From the NCBI GenBank assembly GCA_051013385.1, contig CP143273.1, forward strand, positions 448,001-512,000: a stretch of 64,000 bases of DNA, in the 5' to 3' direction. The DNA comes from Phormidium sp. (lineage in GTDB: Bacteria; Cyanobacteriota; Cyanobacteriia; Cyanobacteriales; Aerosakkonemataceae). The notes under the pieces were generated by a model. The model saw only the letters and a program-made list of their open reading frames with translations. It was not told the origin of the DNA and ran no database searches. The first letter of the stretch is position 1, and each line of letters begins with the position of its first letter. Below, piece after piece: positions 60,289 to 64,000 of the stretch. A program made the translations under genes and the position numbers.

Positions 60289-60633
60289 ATGGCATCTAAA
60301 GGCAGCTTCCATCGGACGATTATTAAAGAAATTAATATTGACCATATATACAGTGGTCATAGCCCTGAAGGGATAAGGGCAAAGAACCCAACAGCCAAAA
60401 AAAGCCAATTTCCGACAACCTGGAGCAAGAAAGATATAAAAAAATCTATAGAGCGTGTTTGGCAGAGTAACCGAACAAAAAGAAAAGAGACACAAATTTG
60501 TCCCATTGATGGAAAAAAAAGGTCTCGGTATCGAGGGATTGACTCTTATTCCGGTTTAACTATTGAGGTATGGTATAACAATACTACTAAGACTATTGAG
60601 ACAGCCTATCCAGTACAAGCAAGCGTAAAGTAA
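60289..60633 (+). CDS. EndoU-like ribonuclease toxin domain protein
   Basis: HIYSGH, KSQFPTTWS and terminal IETAYPV resemble bacterial EndoU toxin domains; AGGAG RBS. Confidence 0.6.
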   Translation: MASKGSFHRTIIKEINIDHIYSGHSPEGIRAKNPTAKKSQFPTTWSKKDIKKSIERVWQSNRTKRKETQICPIDGKKRSRYRGIDSYSGLTIEVWYNNTTKTIETAYPVQASVK

Positions 60634-60714
60634 TATAGACAGATGTAGTATTTGTCTCTTCGTCAAATAAGATCTGTAATAAAAATCAATCTGATGTGAA
60701 GGAAGAAAACAATA

Positions 60715-60849
60715 ATGTTTACTGTTTATCTCAAAAACAGAGAAACTGTCCAGGTAGCGTTAGAAGACTTAAAGGACTACCTAGACAAAAACCGTGAGCA
60801 AATTCAAGTCCAGTAAAAAGAGATGGGTAAACGTCGATATGATGCCTAA
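60715..60849 (+). pseudogene. Small partner ORF with an apparent internal stop
   Basis: MFTVYLKNRETVQVALEDLKDYLDKNREQIQVQ*KEMGKRRYDA*; stop at 60814-60816. Confidence 0.4.
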
Positions 60850-60873
60850 AGATAAAAATAAAATTTAATTACT

Positions 60874-61317
60874 TCAACCTCTCAACTGATCCAAAACTAA
60901 AACAGTTAACCCTGGTAAAGATGGCAAACGAGCATCATTTGTGAGAAAAAAAGCAGCACCCTCACGAATAGCTGTAGCCATTTGAATTGCATCAGCTATT
61001 CGTAAGTTATAATCTGCCCGTAATTGTGCCGCAATTTCAGCAATATCAGGAAAAACTTCTAATGTAGTTATACCTGGCTGATTAAACAGGAAATCACGGT
61101 ATTGTTGAGCTAATTCTTCATTTCCTTGTCGCAATGGATAAACTAACACTTCTGTTGAAGTGACTACAGATGTGATAACTCTAAATTCACTCCGAGCCAT
61201 CGCTTCAAAGAAAGCGTCAGTTATCTGTAAATAGGCTGGATTTTCTTCTATAAAGTAAATCAGTGGCGCAGTATCCAACCCCACTACTTGTCCTTGCAGT
61301 TGGATTAACCATTCCAT
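60874..61317 (-). CDS. vapC: PIN-domain toxin (VapC family)
   Basis: GLDTAPLIY, TEVLV, DAIQMATA and FLTND PIN acidic residues. Confidence 0.9.
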   Translation of the reverse strand: MEWLIQLQGQVVGLDTAPLIYFIEENPAYLQITDAFFEAMARSEFRVITSVVTSTEVLVYPLRQGNEELAQQYRDFLFNQPGITTLEVFPDIAEIAAQLRADYNLRIADAIQMATAIREGAAFFLTNDARLPSLPGLTVLVLDQLRG

Positions 61318-61526
61318 GAATCGCGTTCCTGATTAACGTATTCTTGTGCATCGATTCCTTTCCAAACTTCTTTACCCAACCCTTTTAATTCCATAATGCT
61401 GCGTGTTGGTTTAGCCATTACCCGATGACGTGCTACGGAAAGTAAGTCGTTCGCTAATTGTAATTGTTCTTCTGGTGAAAGCTGTCTTGCTAATTTGAGG
61501 ATTTCTATATAATTTACGGGTGGCAT
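61305..61526 (-). CDS. Putative antitoxin of the PIN toxin
   Basis: 73 aa, overlaps the PIN gene start; LSPEEQLQL...GLGKEVWKGIDAQEYVNQERDSW. Confidence 0.8.
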   Translation of the reverse strand: MPPVNYIEILKLARQLSPEEQLQLANDLLSVARHRVMAKPTRSIMELKGLGKEVWKGIDAQEYVNQERDSWNG

Positions 61527-61685
61527 TGGATGAACTCCTTTGATGTTGTTATTCTTAGTTTAATCTAGAAAAAGTTCGATCGCTCTCCCTCCAAAAACAA
61601 CCTCATTTAAAACAGGAGATGAGACGATCGAACTTAGTTCGATCCTCTCATCTCCAGTATGTATTAATTTTTAGTTTTAAAAGGC

Positions 61686-61928
61686 TCAAACATCTCCACG
61701 ATAGTAAGTAGTACCGCGATAGGTGAGCTTCTGGGTGGCGATTTGTCCGCTCTCTGAAGAACATCCGGTGAAATATTTAGTACCGCGATAAGAAAGCTGT
61801 ATATTATTTCGGGGTGATGAAATCATGGGGAAATATTTAGCACCACGATAGCAAAGCTGAGTATCATTTTGATTTTGTGTTGATGAAGAAGCAGGAGTGT
61901 AGCTAATACCGCGATAAACGAGTTGCAT
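61686..61928 (-). CDS. DUF4278-type small protein with four YRG repeats
   Basis: LVYRGISY, LCYRGAKY, LSYRGTKY, LTYRGTTY; GGAG RBS before ATG 61928. Confidence 0.75.
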   Translation of the reverse strand: MQLVYRGISYTPASSSTQNQNDTQLCYRGAKYFPMISSPRNNIQLSYRGTKYFTGCSSESGQIATQKLTYRGTTYYRGDV

Positions 61929-62018
61929 AATGGTTTCTCCAAAAAGTGTTTGTTGTGTTTGAATAAAAAATTGAGCCGATTGATAAAAAGAAATTGACAT
62001 TATTAGTGCTGTACTGCA

Positions 62019-62207
62019 CTAGATTGTTAGAGACAGCTGATAGCGCCAGTTAAGAGCGCGAGGTTTTACATATTGAGTATTTTCTGCTGTTGCTTGATAT
62101 GTTTCACTTGCTACTTGATAGCGCCAATTTAAGGCGCGAGGTTTAACATAGACTTTGGGAGCAGGGGGAGTGTAATTGTAGATATGACCGCGATAAATTA
62201 GTTGCAT
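62019..62207 (-). CDS. DUF4278-type small protein
   Basis: MQLIYRG start and duplicated YVKPRALNWRYQ; GAGGA RBS. Confidence 0.75.
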   Translation of the reverse strand: MQLIYRGHIYNYTPPAPKVYVKPRALNWRYQVASETYQATAENTQYVKPRALNWRYQLSLTI

Positions 62208-62655
62208 AATTTACTTATCCTCGACTTTTTGTTCGGTTTTTCTCTGCTCCTCACATTTTTAATCATTGCTCTTTCCTTCCCGAACGAAAAGGCTTAGTGA
62301 GTAAACTTAGGGAAATTTTTATAAATAACTTTGGACTCTGGTAACTTTCCTTTGGAAAAAATTTATACGATATAAGGCTTTAGCCTGCAATTTAAATAAA
62401 AAGCGATTTTTAAGAATCCATAAACTGCGATCGAGAGCATTGACGAATTAATGCTTATCGAATAATAAATTTAGCTGTACAAATTTTTGGTTAGTAAAGT
62501 ACAGGGAAGTTAAGCACACGAAAGGACATGAAAGAAATAGTAAGTATACGAAAAAGATAGTAAGTATAAGAAGTAAATCAAGAAGGCAAAGCGGAACAAA
62601 AAAATACCCCAAAAAAGTAGAGACGTTGTATACAACGTCTCTACTTTTTGAAAAA

Positions 62656-63999
62656 CTATTGAATCAAAATCACCGCTTCTTCTGCTTTGGCATACAAAGC
62701 TTTTTTCAACTGTTGCACAACTTTGTTAATCAAATCATCAAAAGCACCTTGATTTTCCAACATTTTCTTTCGCAAGTTTTCCGATAAATCTGGTTTCATT
62801 TCTTTACACATTTGGTCAATCTTTTTCTCACCAACTGCTATGAAACGAATCCAACCGGGAATATCTAATTTTGTCCTGAGAATTTCTTCCAATCTTTCCC
62901 GATTTAACCGCACTCCTTCGCCCAAAACTGCTGCACCGTAAACTAGTAGAATTGGTAACACAAAATGTCCGGTTAATATTAAGGTTAGCAGACTGCCGAT
63001 CGCACCTCCAGCAATAATTAAGTTGATGATAAAGCTGACGACAACTGCTAAGATATCGTCACCCAAGTTCAGGTTTGGATTCACTAATGCTGGATCGATT
63101 CCTTCCTCAAATCTTAAGCTGCTTTTAGAGATTTGATATCTTTGACAAATGGGATCGGTTTCTGTGGCTAAGTCGGGTTGAATTTTGCGATTAAACCAAG
63201 TCACACATTGAGCATTTATGATTTGTTGGGCGCGATCGCTTTTTAACCACTGTTCCGCCCGTTTTTCCATTTCCGTTTGCACATCTGCCAAAGTACGAAT
63301 TTTGTTACTTTGCCAATCTTTTAAAACTGGTTTAACTGCATTTTCAATTAAAGCATCAGCCAGAGGTTGATTTAACAAAGTAATTAAATCAGGAATATGT
63401 TTAGAAATCAACTCTCTAAGTGTTGGAGATTCACATAATTTGTTGAGTTCTTCTTTAAATGCAGTTGCACGTAAATCCCATCTTCCTACACGAGATAAAC
63501 CTAGCGCAATACATCTTTCTGGTTCAGGATCGGGGCGAACATTTGTATCAGGTTCGGGGAAGATTTCCGCGCAAATATCACGAGTAAATTTCATTCGAGA
63601 TGCGCCACCAGTCATCAACACAACTTTAGGAATAATCCCCTGATTTGCTAACTCTTCTTTCGCTTCTTTTACTGCTTCTCGAAAAGCTTGCGCCCAACTT
63701 TTATTATGCAATTCTGGCAAAGGTTGATTGATGATTTCCGCCATAATCTCTTTATTCACTTGGGGGATAAAGTGAATTTGGGGAGTGATGAATTCAAAAC
63801 CTCTTGCGAAAGCGCCAGAATTCGCATATAGCTGTTCGTTGGAAAAGTAATCTTCTTTGACTTTCCGACATTGAATTTCACAGCGATATCTATGATGAGG
63901 ATATTCTTCAAATACTTCTTTGAGGAATTCTCCTTCTTGATGTTCTGCCAAAGTTCGGGCTAAAATAGATCTGTCAATTAAAGATGCGCCTAAAGTATT
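62656..63999 (-). CDS. Hsp70-family (actin-like ATPase) protein, 5' end off the window
   Basis: Frame stays open past 63951 (NTLGASLIDRSIL); LMTGGASRM and PERCIALGL motifs. Confidence 0.75.
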   Translation of the reverse strand, partial: NTLGASLIDRSILARTLAEHQEGEFLKEVFEEYPHHRYRCEIQCRKVKEDYFSNEQLYANSGAFARGFEFITPQIHFIPQVNKEIMAEIINQPLPELHNKSWAQAFREAVKEAKEELANQGIIPKVVLMTGGASRMKFTRDICAEIFPEPDTNVRPDPEPERCIALGLSRVGRWDLRATAFKEELNKLCESPTLRELISKHIPDLITLLNQPLADALIENAVKPVLKDWQSNKIRTLADVQTEMEKRAEQWLKSDRAQQIINAQCVTWFNRKIQPDLATETDPICQRYQISKSSLRFEEGIDPALVNPNLNLGDDILAVVVSFIINLIIAGGAIGSLLTLILTGHFVLPILLVYGAAVLGEGVRLNRERLEEILRTKLDIPGWIRFIAVGEKKIDQMCKEMKPDLSENLRKKMLENQGAFDDLINKVVQQLKKALYAKAEEAVILIQ

Positions 64000-64000
64000 T

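Overview
AT-rich window (GC roughly 40%, estimated by eye) from a cyanobacterium, probably a filamentous one. Support: many HIP1 GCGATCGC octamers, cyanobacterial gene families and typical cyanobacterial palindromic repeats/MITEs. Left to right: the end of a polysaccharide cluster (three GT4 glycosyltransferases and a PhyH-type dioxygenase); housekeeping-type genes (DUF4278, Ca2+/H+ antiporter, redoxin plus DsbD, TAXI binding protein, Tat-exported class V aminotransferase, DUF3318, GST, HAD); a ~26 kb envelope/signalling cluster (TPR-CHAT, two paralogous filamentous-haemagglutinin-type proteins, DUF928, RTX/Ca-binding proteins, S8 peptidase, NarL-type regulator, CHASE2 sensor). That cluster's intergenic regions share an unannotated repeated motif (ATGTAKTTTTCGGWAAT-N5-TTKCCTAATYAGGWAAT) and encode two short secreted-looking peptides. 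Four TnpB-type elements are present in different states of decay. The most notable locus is a complete-looking Mx162-like (type XIII-like) retron at 49037-56822: WGR/HEAT protein, orphan HicB, SWIM zinc-finger protein, a visible msr/msd ncRNA, an unexpected 302-aa gene between the ncRNA and the RT, then the RT. It lies directly downstream of a TrcR-like RHH repressor. The divergent leader-ORF/HNH/alr0857 operon carries an attenuator-like RNA structure. The window ends with a PspA-like derivative, an EndoU-like orphan toxin, a VapBC pair, two DUF4278-type proteins and a partial Hsp70-family gene. All family calls come from motif recognition by eye, not database searches.
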